Origin: an uncultured Verrucomicrobiota bacterium
GTDB lineage: Bacteria > Verrucomicrobiota > Kiritimatiellia > CAIKKV01 > CAITUY01
Length of the DNA stretch: 64,000 nucleotides
Direction of reading: 5' to 3'
Assembly (NCBI GenBank): GCA_964508705.1
Contig: CAZDUS010000002.1
Coordinates: 951-64,950, forward strand
Below the pieces are notes generated by a model. It saw nothing but the letters and a program-made list of their open reading frames with translations. It was not told where the DNA came from and made no database searches. A program made the position numbers and the translations under genes. Within the stretch, counting starts at the first letter, position 1, and every line of letters starts with the position of its first letter. Positions 48,301 to 57,504 of this stretch are shown here, piece after piece.

Positions 48301-49912
48301 GAAGGCGGATGATCAGATCAGGCAGTTGCTGGACGAAAGCAACCAATCCCGCAAGATGCTTTTGAGTATTCTAGAGGATGAGACGACGGCGAAAGCGAGT
48401 CTTACCCGTTTGATGGCGGCCATTGAGCATTCTTCGGAAGTCATTGTAATTACAGATTTGCAGGGGTTGATCCTGTATGTGAACCCTGCATTTGAGAAGA
48501 GCACGGGGTATAAGCGTGATGAGGCGATAGGCCAAAACCCCAGGGTTCTAAAGAGCGGGAAGCAAGATGCGATATTTTATCAAGATCTTTGGGCGACAAT
48601 TGCGAACGGGGAAACCTGGCATGGTCAATTTGTGAATCGGAAGAAGAATGGATCTTTGTATACTGAAGAGGCGACGATTTCGCCAGTGAAGGATGAGGCT
48701 GACAAAATTGTTAACTATGTGGCCGTCAAGCGAGACATCACGGAGGAATTGCGCAAGCAGGAGCAATTGGCGCAGGCGCAGAGAATGGAATCGGTGGGGC
48801 GGTTAGCCGGGGGGGTGGCGCATGATTTCAATAATCTGCTGATGGGGATCATGGGATATGCAGATTTGTGCAGGGATGCCCTGCCGGCGGAACATCCTAT
48901 CAGACACTATCTTGATGAAATAACCAAGGGGTCGCAGAGGTCAGCGGACCTAACACGGCAACTTCTGGCTTTTGCCCGCAAACAGACGATTATTCCCAAG
49001 GTGCTGGATTTGAACGAGATTGTATCCGGCATGCGTAAACTACTGGCGCGGCTTATTGGTGAGGATATCAATTTGATATGGAAGCCGGATTCGAGTGTAT
49101 GGCCTGTGCGAATTGATCCATCGCAAATGGATCAGATTCTCGCCAATCTATGTGTCAACGCGAGGGATGCCATTTCCGGTGTCGGCGTGATAACCATAAC
49201 GACTTCCAATTGCACTTTGGATCAGGATTATTGCCTTAAACACAACGGTGCGGTGCCTGGCGACTATGTTCGATTGAGGGTCCAAGACAATGGTGTCGGC
49301 ATGAGCGAGGAAGTCCTGGGCAAGGTGTTCGAGCCGTTCTTTACGACAAAGGAATCAGGGAAAGGCACAGGATTAGGGCTGGCTACTGTGTATGGCATTG
49401 TTAAGCAAAACAATGGTTACATTGATGTGATCAGCGAGGTTGGCAAGGGAACGACGTTTAACATCTACTTGCCCCGGGTCATTGATGAAGTGGTGAAGGC
49501 GCCAGTGCCTGGTGGAGCCATCGGAACGCTTCCCCGTGGCAGTGAGACGATCCTGCTCGTGGAGGATGAACGCTCGCTACGAGTGACCAGTGGGCGATTG
49601 CTGGAGACGTTGGGGTACAAGGTTCTGGCGGCAGAGGAGCCCACTGAAGCATTGGACATGGTTGCCAAGCATTCCGGTGACATTCATTTGTTGCTGACGG
49701 ATGTGATCATGCCCGGCATGAATGGAAGGCAGTTAGCTGAGCGGTTATTGAAGGAGCGTAGGTCTCTTAAGTGTTTATTCATGTCTGGCTACACGGCGAA
49801 CGTGCTTACGGATGGCGGTAATCTTTTCGGTAAAGCCATTCATTTCATTCAGAAGCCTTTTCCGAGGGAAGAACTAGCGCGTAAAGTCCGTGAAGTGCTG
49901 GACGGGAAATGA
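45311..49912 (+). CDS. Hybrid sensor histidine kinase (2 Cache-like sensors, PAS x3, GAF, HisKA, HATPase, REC)
   Basis: GGVAHDFNN, NLCVNARDA, FEPFFTTK..GKGTGLGL, REC LLVEDE/LTDVIMP/MSGY/QKPF. Confidence 0.92.
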   Translation: MIIKRILSWPMIIALTVLAAGVILIAVWHADRELREGLLQQSQLVSKALNVEYVMGLTGTKADLENQAYRRIKEQIVAICSASARYRFIYLMGRKPDGTVVFLADSEDVSSSDYSPPGEVFENPTREFLGVFDTGVAITEGIVSDRWGSWMSALVPIINPANGAVVAVLGVDVRADVWRSDVAVKVALPVGVMFSFLIMALVGFAAVRRVSRQPRPVLRRLLAPIMTIVLILTLGSGWLLFRQYQQKVRSEVACQVRDASEKFRFIQEQQASGLSLFAGVVAVDHEMPRALFTGETNYLLKVWMPVFKKLRDGGELSYLSFIDSNRVCVLRCHRLDLRGDVFDRYTIRESERTGKTVAGLEMDSAGMLTLMVVAPVVFEGRVVGYVEVGKKITDILCAMEGMSGSQLAVTVRKEFVERDQWECEMRSLGRDAIWGRLSNSVVTAASQGIVKDAVAVFGDHSADGVHVHRETRQEFVTDGRSWRVAALPFNDASGREVGDLLVMRDITEAKAEFTRLIGVFGGSGALLVMAVMGFVMVLLYRTDKGIRAQQADLEASEESYRNQFAKNSAVMLLTGPDGKILDANAAAEQFYGYKRDQLLAMSITDINPISLEEVKNYLNEVRKAEPGKLFQFKHHLVDGSVRDVEVASSIIQFGSMPAMISIVHDISERKRAEEALRESETLLNEAGELAKVGGWKLDVGVKEVSWTRETYLIHEVPEGEPVELGRAVEFYDPEDRPIISDAVNRALTTGESFDLECRLITAKGRRLWVRAMGQAVKMEGKIIRVIGTFQDITEVKRDEAYRLMESDILRILNESVGLNEMGDFDDCMRRVLAKIKGRTGFDAVGIRIKEGEDFPYFAQDGLSKEFLEKENSLVERGVNGEVCRDKNGNLRLECTCGLVISGAVDTTNPFFTLGGSFWANDAFPLLGLTSEQDPRYHPRNECIHQGYASVALVPIRAGGQIVGLLHFNDRRKDCFTRATIVQFESLAAHIGEALMRKKADDQIRQLLDESNQSRKMLLSILEDETTAKASLTRLMAAIEHSSEVIVITDLQGLILYVNPAFEKSTGYKRDEAIGQNPRVLKSGKQDAIFYQDLWATIANGETWHGQFVNRKKNGSLYTEEATISPVKDEADKIVNYVAVKRDITEELRKQEQLAQAQRMESVGRLAGGVAHDFNNLLMGIMGYADLCRDALPAEHPIRHYLDEITKGSQRSADLTRQLLAFARKQTIIPKVLDLNEIVSGMRKLLARLIGEDINLIWKPDSSVWPVRIDPSQMDQILANLCVNARDAISGVGVITITTSNCTLDQDYCLKHNGAVPGDYVRLRVQDNGVGMSEEVLGKVFEPFFTTKESGKGTGLGLATVYGIVKQNNGYIDVISEVGKGTTFNIYLPRVIDEVVKAPVPGGAIGTLPRGSETILLVEDERSLRVTSGRLLETLGYKVLAAEEPTEALDMVAKHSGDIHLLLTDVIMPGMNGRQLAERLLKERRSLKCLFMSGYTANVLTDGGNLFGKAIHFIQKPFPREELARKVREVLDGK

Positions 49913-49949
49913 AGGAGCGAAAGAGGAGTGGTTCTGGAAGGAGCGATGG

Positions 49950-51341
49950 TTAACGCCCTTGCAAGGAGTGCAGGAAGTCGATGACTGAAAGGCCGGTGTG
50001 ATAACCGGGGTCCAGGTCGGGGGTTGCCGGCACAGTGGGAATGGGTTTTCCGGTGTGATCCAATGTTTGGTAGGCCATCATGTGAACCTCGGGCCTGACG
50101 TAAAGCGAGAGAAACGCGTTGCTGCAATCACGAATGACTTCGCGGCATGCCTGGCGAGTGAGTTCATCTGAAGACGCATTATGGGCTGACATGGCGGCGC
50201 GCAAGGTTTCGGGGAGATTCCACCATGGCATATCAGAGTTGTAAGGACGGCGGGTTATGAGGTCGACGGACTTGTAGATGCCTCCGATGGGATTGCGCCC
50301 TGTCTTGAACGAATGCAGAAGAAGTTGCGGTAACAGGCGGTCAAGGTTGGCAATGGTGGAGCGTTGTTCACTGGAGAGATCCTGTCGACTACGAATGACG
50401 TTCAGGAATTTCATTCCCAACCCGACGAATTCCAAGCCGTGGCCGGGGTCGCAGAGGATGTTGCCTTCGTGCGGGAAGGGGGCCCCTTGCGGGTCTATGA
50501 ACTCGACAAAGTCCAACGGTTCAAGGCCGTTGAATTGGCCATGGAGGTTGATGTAGTTGTCGAGAATATGCTGGATGAAACGCAGACCGCCTTCTACATA
50601 GGATGGGTCTGAAAAGAGGGAAGCGTAGAGAGCGAAACTACCAAGGGAAATCATGCGGACACCGTGTGATCGGCGGCCGGGAACTGGAACGACGGGATTG
50701 CGCGGGTCGAAGGGTTGTTGGTCGGAGTCGGAGCGGTCGGCTTCCACGTTTTGAATCCAAGTGTCGAAGTAGTGTTGCGCTTCGGCGGCGAGACGGGGGT
50801 CCCCAAGGGTGTGGGCAGCGGCGGCCACGGCTTTGACGTGGAACATATCGCTGGTGTTGGACCGGCCTTTTGGGGGGGTAAAGGGCTCGCGTTTTCCATC
50901 CGGAGTGAGTGTGAAACCGGCACCGTCCGGGGTGAACCAGAAAAACAGACTGCCGCCGTTTTGGTTGCGGATCGATTCGAGTTTGTTGATGACGCCGGAG
51001 ATGATGGGAATGAGTTTCTTGGTGTAGTGACGTTTACGGGCGGCGGGTAGAGAGGTGTCCGACTGTATCCATTGGAGGTGGCCGCACAGGGCTTCGACAC
51101 CACGGCTTTGAATCCAGGCATAAACAGTTTCACGCCCGAAGATATCTATGTCGCCAGTTTTTCTGGAAAGCGGGGCACCGGTGAAGATGTCGATTTTGGT
51201 GTCAATAAACCCGTAGGCGGAGTCGAACCGGTCGATTATGGCATCGAGGACGGTTAACAGCATTTGGCGGTAAATAGGGGAAAGGAGTTGTAATTCCCGC
51301 AAGTCCGACTTTTCGAGGAGAATATAGGAGTCAGGATTCAT
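49950..51341 (-). CDS. AGE-family (N-acylglucosamine 2-epimerase-like) epimerase/isomerase
   Basis: WIQSR, DPGHGLEF, PWWNLPE, PGYH motifs of the AGE barrel. Confidence 0.7.
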   Translation of the reverse strand: MNPDSYILLEKSDLRELQLLSPIYRQMLLTVLDAIIDRFDSAYGFIDTKIDIFTGAPLSRKTGDIDIFGRETVYAWIQSRGVEALCGHLQWIQSDTSLPAARKRHYTKKLIPIISGVINKLESIRNQNGGSLFFWFTPDGAGFTLTPDGKREPFTPPKGRSNTSDMFHVKAVAAAAHTLGDPRLAAEAQHYFDTWIQNVEADRSDSDQQPFDPRNPVVPVPGRRSHGVRMISLGSFALYASLFSDPSYVEGGLRFIQHILDNYINLHGQFNGLEPLDFVEFIDPQGAPFPHEGNILCDPGHGLEFVGLGMKFLNVIRSRQDLSSEQRSTIANLDRLLPQLLLHSFKTGRNPIGGIYKSVDLITRRPYNSDMPWWNLPETLRAAMSAHNASSDELTRQACREVIRDCSNAFLSLYVRPEVHMMAYQTLDHTGKPIPTVPATPDLDPGYHTGLSVIDFLHSLQGR

Positions 51342-51459
51342 GGAGACAAGGAGATGCGTCCCTATCCATAAGGATGTTACTTTGTTTGGGGAGGGGGAGG
51401 ATGGAAGTCCTTCCCTGTTTCCGATGCATGCACACAGCGGTTACCAGTGCCAATAATTG

Positions 51460-51483
51460 TGAACAATGTCTTTCGTGTGTTCA
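51460..51483. promoter_or_regulatory. Candidate operator between the epimerase and the phosphorylase
   Basis: Perfect inverted repeat TGAACA-N12-TGTTCA in a divergent intergenic region. Confidence 0.35.
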
Positions 51484-51600
51484 TGTATTTTCCCAAAAGT
51501 GTTGCAGGAGAATAGGGGGGTGACCTATTGTCTTCAAGTCTATTGTTAGGGGATGATCAGAAGTGAATCTGAGTGCGTATTATTTGATTGGAAAAGGATT

Positions 51601-54468
51601 ATGAAGAAGACCGATACCTTTGAATTTGAAGCAGAACAAATCTTGAATGCCCCCGTCAAACACCGAGCGAATAAGCTTGGGGGATATGGAGAGCGGGGCG
51701 AGGTAATTTATGAGCGACACCCGAGCGGTTGTCCCTCGGTATTAGCAGATGAGCGAGGGCCTGCGACGGCGATGTTCATGTCGAATGGTTCGACGGCGTT
51801 CAAGGTTCGGACAGTGGAAGGTCTGGAAGTGGATGTCTTGAAGGGGCATTTTGATGCGGTTGAGAAGCGTGAGATAGGCGTGCCTTCAGCGAATGTCTGG
51901 ATGAATGTTTCGACGGCGCGGGAGACGAAGGTGGTGTCGCTTATCAATCCGGGGCATTCATCCGGTATGGCCGTGAAGAGGACGCGAGTGGTTAAGATGG
52001 GGGATCCTGATCGGGCCATGTGGTATTGCGTGGCGTCGCAGGCTGCATCGGGAGCCTTGCTGGAGACGGCGGTCCGGCATCGGTTGGTGTCTGTAAAGGG
52101 CGGTGTGGCGTTGGATCGAGAAATTTACATTGTGAATCGAAGTGAAGCGAAGTCGGCGGAGGCATCAATTTGGACCTGCCTTGATCTGCACGGGACGCAG
52201 AGGTTTGTTTACAATAAATCACTTTGGTACGACATGGGAATGCCGTTATCCAAGACCGAGACAGTGGTGCGATGCGTGGTTCCCTACACGGAGATACAGC
52301 AGATCAAGCGGGTGGCATCCAAGGTGCGGAATGCCCGCGCTGTGGCGGCCACTTGTGATTACGGGGCCTTTGTTGGTGATACGGCGGCGGTGGCGACCTT
52401 GCCGGTGGCGGTGAAGGAGGATCAGTTGTTGAAGGGTGGCATCGGAATGCAGCTTAACCGGTTTGCAACGGCTATGCTTGCGGCCAATCAGTTTAAAGTC
52501 AATCTGCGGCCGGGGGCCTCGGCGAGCATTCAGCAGAGGTTGCTATATGTGACAGACGCAGGCTTGTTGCGGGATGCGGCCCGTGCGGCCCGTGCGGCGG
52601 AACCTTCTTATGAAGCCACGGTCAAATCTTTCAAGGCGATGGCCGCGCTGGTTGTTAAACGGACTGCCGGAGCGGGTGTTGAAGGGGTGAAAGGGGAGGA
52701 AGTCAAGGAGGCGGCATTCCAGATCCAATTTCCCGAGTTGCCGGTGATGTCGGCGTATGCCAATTCCCTGTGGATGGGGGTCACGGAGTTGTATGACAAG
52801 TGCAGGGCGCATGGATCCAATCTGGCGGACGGCATTGAGTTGGGGACACGTGACAGGGCGCAGGATATGTGGCCGAAAATGAAGGATGATCCGGGGCGAG
52901 TAAGAGCCGATCTGGTGCATGCGATGAGTTTCATGTATGTCACATGCAACAAACCGCCGCGTGTTGGAAAGCGGCCCTTGTCAATCCGGGAGAAATTGCA
53001 CGGGATGTTTCCGCGGCAATATCCGAGCAGGTGGCTGGATCGTCAGCAGAAGGTAATGAACGATAACCGTCCTTATGCGGATAGTCCGGTTTGGTTAATT
53101 GACGCCTTGAATATGTATGTGAGGGAAACCGGGGATCTGAGTATTCTTGCCGAGAGGGTGGCAACTATTCGATTGACTGATCCGGAACGACCGGAGATGT
53201 CCGGTATCATTGGCAACGACCTGACCCTGACGATTGCCGAGGTGATTAGCGAGGTGTTGGCTTGTTTTGAGAGGCATGCCGATGATTCACCTTATGGGAT
53301 TGTCCAGGCCATGTATGGGGACTGGTGCGATCCGCTGGACATGTTTGGGACATCCGTCGTTGGGGACGCGAAAACGCGTGGACGAGGGCGCGGTTCAATT
53401 GTCCGGTTGAGTGTTCATGTATTCGATTGTCTGGTACACACGATTGACACGTTTACGGCGTCGGGCGTGAAGGGGGCTTTGAAAACTGTCGAGGTGACAG
53501 TGTCGGTGTCGCGATTGAAGCGTTTTGCCGACCGGCTTCGCATGAACATCGTCCGTGTGGCATGGGAGGAGGGACAAGGTCGTTACCCCGCAGGGTTTAT
53601 CGGGGCGATTCATGAGTTGCGGCTCGATGGGTCCCGTCCAGCGTATAAGCGAGGGGAGATTGGTTATACGCTGGGTTCCGTGAGGGGGCTTGATTTTGAC
53701 GGGCGAAAGCGCCGGGAACTCACAGTGCAGGCATTCGGATTGAACATGTTGTTGACGCAAAGGGACTACCTAACGCCTGTGCAGAGTCGTGATCAGAAGG
53801 TTGTGGCCATTTTGCAGGCGATGGATGAATTGTTTTTCCGGAACAAGCTGGGCCTCATGTTGTTTACAGTTCCGATTCCCAATACTAAGTCAGCTGTTGA
53901 ACTTGTTGGCAGGATGGGTGTGGTGCCGCCGGGGTGTGCCGAGAATGGGGAATATCATCACGGGCAGATGATGATGCATCGGTTCCGTCAGAGGATACGA
54001 GGTCAGTCGAGTGCCGCGTTGAGGCAGTTCCTGCCGATCGTCTCGGCAATGAGAGACGAATCCTTGAGCGGTCCATTCGAGAGTTCCAGCACATCGTATG
54101 TATCCGATGCGAGTGATCCGCATTTCGGGAAAGGAATGTACTTTGGGCTTTCCGGGTCAACAGATTGGATCGTGGAATATTTCCAGGAGATGGTGGGGCT
54201 GAAGTTTGCGTTACATGACAAGGGGCAGTCTGACCTTGTGGTGACTCCGCGCTTGCCAGCGGCGCTGAAGGGAACGGCGATGATGCGTCGTATCATTCAT
54301 GTTGCCCAACCGAATGGCGGATATAAGAAGGTGCCGGTTGAAATTTCTATACGTCGCGCTGAGTCCGAGGAGGGCAAGGGGATTCGAATCAACGGCAAGG
54401 TTGTGAGGGCGGCTGAAGTGAAGGATGTTGCCCAATACTCGCGAATCAAGATTGAAATTGTGGGATGA
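51601..54468 (+). CDS. GH94-like glycoside phosphorylase (divergent)
   Basis: GTRDRAQD, DSPVWL, GDWCD, PPGCAENGEYHHG, SGSTDW occur in GH94 order. ATG 51601 follows AAGGA. Confidence 0.7.
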   Translation: MKKTDTFEFEAEQILNAPVKHRANKLGGYGERGEVIYERHPSGCPSVLADERGPATAMFMSNGSTAFKVRTVEGLEVDVLKGHFDAVEKREIGVPSANVWMNVSTARETKVVSLINPGHSSGMAVKRTRVVKMGDPDRAMWYCVASQAASGALLETAVRHRLVSVKGGVALDREIYIVNRSEAKSAEASIWTCLDLHGTQRFVYNKSLWYDMGMPLSKTETVVRCVVPYTEIQQIKRVASKVRNARAVAATCDYGAFVGDTAAVATLPVAVKEDQLLKGGIGMQLNRFATAMLAANQFKVNLRPGASASIQQRLLYVTDAGLLRDAARAARAAEPSYEATVKSFKAMAALVVKRTAGAGVEGVKGEEVKEAAFQIQFPELPVMSAYANSLWMGVTELYDKCRAHGSNLADGIELGTRDRAQDMWPKMKDDPGRVRADLVHAMSFMYVTCNKPPRVGKRPLSIREKLHGMFPRQYPSRWLDRQQKVMNDNRPYADSPVWLIDALNMYVRETGDLSILAERVATIRLTDPERPEMSGIIGNDLTLTIAEVISEVLACFERHADDSPYGIVQAMYGDWCDPLDMFGTSVVGDAKTRGRGRGSIVRLSVHVFDCLVHTIDTFTASGVKGALKTVEVTVSVSRLKRFADRLRMNIVRVAWEEGQGRYPAGFIGAIHELRLDGSRPAYKRGEIGYTLGSVRGLDFDGRKRRELTVQAFGLNMLLTQRDYLTPVQSRDQKVVAILQAMDELFFRNKLGLMLFTVPIPNTKSAVELVGRMGVVPPGCAENGEYHHGQMMMHRFRQRIRGQSSAALRQFLPIVSAMRDESLSGPFESSSTSYVSDASDPHFGKGMYFGLSGSTDWIVEYFQEMVGLKFALHDKGQSDLVVTPRLPAALKGTAMMRRIIHVAQPNGGYKKVPVEISIRRAESEEGKGIRINGKVVRAAEVKDVAQYSRIKIEIVG

Positions 54469-54589
54469 GAGAGGCGGTCATGCGATGCGAGGAATATCTG
54501 TGCCAGTGTATTCAGCTTGTGGATTCAAACGGTTTGCGACTTTTGCCAAAAAGATGCGTGGTGGTTGACGACAGGAAGAGGGGCGTCCC

Positions 54590-55396
54590 ATGAAGATATT
54601 TCTGGCGGAGCGGGAGTTGGATGTTGAGAGTGGGTTGAAGTTGTTCGCGATGAGGTCGCGGTTTAAGCCGGATGCGGATGTGATGGTTTATAATGGGGCG
54701 CCGTCGCCATTGGATAGGGAGTTGAAGGAAGGTGACCGCGTGGTGTTGATCCGACGGGGGGAGGCTCCATCTGCCGCTGAGTTGGAGGCGTTGATGATGG
54801 CGCGTCATACCCCAGGGGTACATGCTAAAGTCAAGGTGGCCACGGTGGGAATTGCGGGGCTGGGTGGGTTGGGGTCGGCCATAGCGGTGGCTCTGGCGCG
54901 GACCGGGGTGGGGAATCTTGTTCTGGCCGATTTTGATGTTGTGGAGCCATCGAATTTAAATCGCCAGCAGTATTTTGTGGATCAGCTCGGGATGTACAAG
55001 ACAGAGGCGCTAGCGGCGAATCTGGCGCGGATCAATCCTTATGTCCGGTTGAGCACGCATGCGGTGAAGTTGTCGCCCCTTAATATTCCCGAGGTATATG
55101 GCAAGGTGGATGTGATGGTAGAGGCATTTGATTCCGCTGATATGAAAGCGATGCTATTGGGGAGTTTTGGGAGCACGTTTCCTCACAAGCCGATTGTCAT
55201 GGCGTCTGGTTTGGCGGGGTATGGGCCGGGTGAGACGGTAAGGATACGGAAGCTTGGGGCGAATGTATATGTGGTGGGGGATTTAGAGAGTGATGCGCGA
55301 CCCGGGCGCGGGTTGATGGCGCCGAGGGTAGGGATTGCGGCCCACATGCAGGCCAATGCCGTGTTGAGGTTGCTGTTGGGCGAAAACCCTGAGTGA
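54590..55396 (+). CDS. thiF: ThiF-family adenylyltransferase with N-terminal ThiS-like domain
   Basis: RHTP, GIAGLGGLGS, DFDVVEPSNLNRQ, EAFD, GLMAPRV. Confidence 0.85.
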   Translation: MKIFLAERELDVESGLKLFAMRSRFKPDADVMVYNGAPSPLDRELKEGDRVVLIRRGEAPSAAELEALMMARHTPGVHAKVKVATVGIAGLGGLGSAIAVALARTGVGNLVLADFDVVEPSNLNRQQYFVDQLGMYKTEALAANLARINPYVRLSTHAVKLSPLNIPEVYGKVDVMVEAFDSADMKAMLLGSFGSTFPHKPIVMASGLAGYGPGETVRIRKLGANVYVVGDLESDARPGRGLMAPRVGIAAHMQANAVLRLLLGENPE

Positions 55397-55508
55397 TAAA
55401 GCTCGTTTGGTGCCTGAAGGTGTATTAATTTAGAGATTTTCCACTGGATTAGTATTAGGTGCCAGTGTAGGGTCCTGCGCTAATTAGCGCTTCGGAAAAG
55501 GTGTTCTA

Positions 55509-57374
55509 ATGTCGATTCCTTATTCTCCTTTTGTTGTGGTGGCTTCCGCCTTTGCAGAAGAGCGGGATATGTTGTCATCCCTGCTGAGGCAGGAAGGATG
55601 TGAAGTGGCGCTGGTCGCTTCAGGGGAAGACGTGGCGGGGTATGTCAGGGGCAAGCGACCTGATGTATTGTTTATTCATGAGTTGTTGATGGAATCCACC
55701 GGCGCGAAAATTGTTAGCGCGTTGAAGGTGGACATGAATTCGCCGTTTGCCGTAGTTATGATGCGCGTTGCTGAGGGAGGCAATGGGGCGCCGTTGTTTC
55801 CTTATCCTCAAGTTGACGATGTGCTGTCGCTGCCTCCGAATCCTGTTGAAGTGAAGGTTCGGGTTCGAAATATGTTGGAGCTCTCAAGGATGAAGGGATT
55901 GGTGCAGGAGGATACTCTTCGCATCAAAGAGTTGGAGCGGGCACGCGAGGAATTGACACACCTGATTGTGCAAGAGATGAAGGCGCCCTTGACGGGGCTG
56001 GCAGACCTGCTGGAAATGGCGGATCGGGCCTCGGTACGGCACTTCAAGGCTGATGCCTCTAAATATATCAACGATGCCTTGGATGCCACCGAAACGCTTG
56101 AGGAAATGGTTTCATTCCTGCTGGATGTCAGGCACATGCTTGCCGGGGATAAGGAATTAAGAAAGCATGGGTGTGATTTGACAAAAGTGGTTCGGGGGAT
56201 TGCGGATTTGCTGAGTGAGGTGGCGCAGGCATCGGGCGTGCCGGTCGAAGTGGTAGGTGAGCCTGTAACCTTGGTTTGCGATGAAGTCATGATGGGGCGG
56301 GTGGTTCGCCACTTGATGAGGACAGCCATATTGACATGTCCCCGGGGGTGCGGCGTAAGCGTTGAAGTAGCTGGAAGTGACACAGGTGCGCGGGTTGTTG
56401 TTAATTGCGTAGGGGGGAAGAGTGCGGGAGGGCGTGGGTTTGGGTTGGCGGACATGCTTCGGCCGAGCGGAGTTGGGGCAACTTCGGGACTGGGTCTGAC
56501 TTTCTGCAGGCTTGCGGTTGAGGCGCATGGTGGGAAGTTCGGGGTGGAGTCGAACGATGCAGGGACAATTTGGTGGTTCACCTTGCCGATGGATGTTGAG
56601 ATGGCGCTTAGCGATGAAGAGGTGAAAGAGATAGCTAGTCCCGTGAATCTGCCACAACGATCACGACGATATCTTGGCGAGGAAGAAGCAACGCGCGGTG
56701 ACGGTAATCCGATGGGGCGGAAAGCATCAATTAGATCCACTCGGTATCAGTTTGCTGTGGCAGTATCCATCATGTCGGCAATCCCCTTGCTGTCTTTCGG
56801 TTATTTGTTGGCTGACGCAATATGGAAGGGATCCCTCAGCCTACAGACGATGTATTTGATGATTCCCTGCATTGTGGCGCTTGTCTCGCTTGGTATTGTG
56901 GTATTGATGCGGCATACATTGGAAATGACCAGATTGAGGAAACACCTGGAGGTGATTGCGCGGGGGGGGTTTCCTCAAAGTTCCAAGTGGGTTGCGAGTG
57001 CTGATTTCGAGGCGATGGGGAAGTCGTTGGACTCGGTTGTTGAGCTGGCTGGTGAGAAGGTCAGGATCATTGAAGAGCAGTCCAAGGCGCTTTTGCAAGC
57101 TGAGCAACAGCGGGTCATGGTGGAGACTGTTGGGGCAGCGTGTCATCATCTGGGGCAACCGGCGACGGTGATAGGGGTGTATCTTGATATGATGAAGAAG
57201 AAAGAAATGTCGCCTGAAATGCAGAGATTGATTTCTGAGTGTCAGTTGGCGGCGACGGATGTGGCGACCATTTTGCACCGTCTTCAAAATGTGGCCCAGT
57301 ATAAAACCGAGCCTTATCTCTCCTCCGGTCGTTCAGATGTGAGTCGCAGTGACGAACGCATTTTGAAGATTTAA
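55509..57374 (+). CDS. Atypical signalling protein: pseudo-REC, pseudo-kinase, 2 TM, C-terminal DHp
   Basis: REC fold without Asp/Lys. IVQEMKAPL, SGLGLTFC..VEAHGG, TM pair, GAACHHLGQP. Confidence 0.7.
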   Translation: MSIPYSPFVVVASAFAEERDMLSSLLRQEGCEVALVASGEDVAGYVRGKRPDVLFIHELLMESTGAKIVSALKVDMNSPFAVVMMRVAEGGNGAPLFPYPQVDDVLSLPPNPVEVKVRVRNMLELSRMKGLVQEDTLRIKELERAREELTHLIVQEMKAPLTGLADLLEMADRASVRHFKADASKYINDALDATETLEEMVSFLLDVRHMLAGDKELRKHGCDLTKVVRGIADLLSEVAQASGVPVEVVGEPVTLVCDEVMMGRVVRHLMRTAILTCPRGCGVSVEVAGSDTGARVVVNCVGGKSAGGRGFGLADMLRPSGVGATSGLGLTFCRLAVEAHGGKFGVESNDAGTIWWFTLPMDVEMALSDEEVKEIASPVNLPQRSRRYLGEEEATRGDGNPMGRKASIRSTRYQFAVAVSIMSAIPLLSFGYLLADAIWKGSLSLQTMYLMIPCIVALVSLGIVVLMRHTLEMTRLRKHLEVIARGGFPQSSKWVASADFEAMGKSLDSVVELAGEKVRIIEEQSKALLQAEQQRVMVETVGAACHHLGQPATVIGVYLDMMKKKEMSPEMQRLISECQLAATDVATILHRLQNVAQYKTEPYLSSGRSDVSRSDERILKI

Positions 57375-57482
57375 AGCCTGTGCGGGTTGGTCTTAACGGC
57401 ATCGCATTCCATGACTTTTCAATAACGCAGGCGCGGGGAAAGGCAAAAAACGGCGCGTAAAATTAGTAGCGTTCTTGAATGT

Positions 57483-57499
57483 TTCGATATAATATCGAA
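57483..57499. promoter_or_regulatory. Palindrome covering a TATAAT box
   Basis: TTCGATAT-A-ATATCGAA containing TATAAT (57488-57493). Confidence 0.45.
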
Positions 57500-57504
57500 T
57501 CGTT

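Noticed and set aside
51460-51483. LexA box
   Set aside because: Orientation and spacing differ from TGTTC-N4-GAACA and GAAC-N4-GTTC.
54469-54589. TPP riboswitch upstream of thiF
   Set aside because: No CTGAGA or CCTGA..TAAT core.
54510-55469. 11-bp direct repeat GTGCCAGTGTA flanking thiF as a target-site duplication
   Set aside because: Too short to exclude chance; no terminal inverted repeats or transposase.
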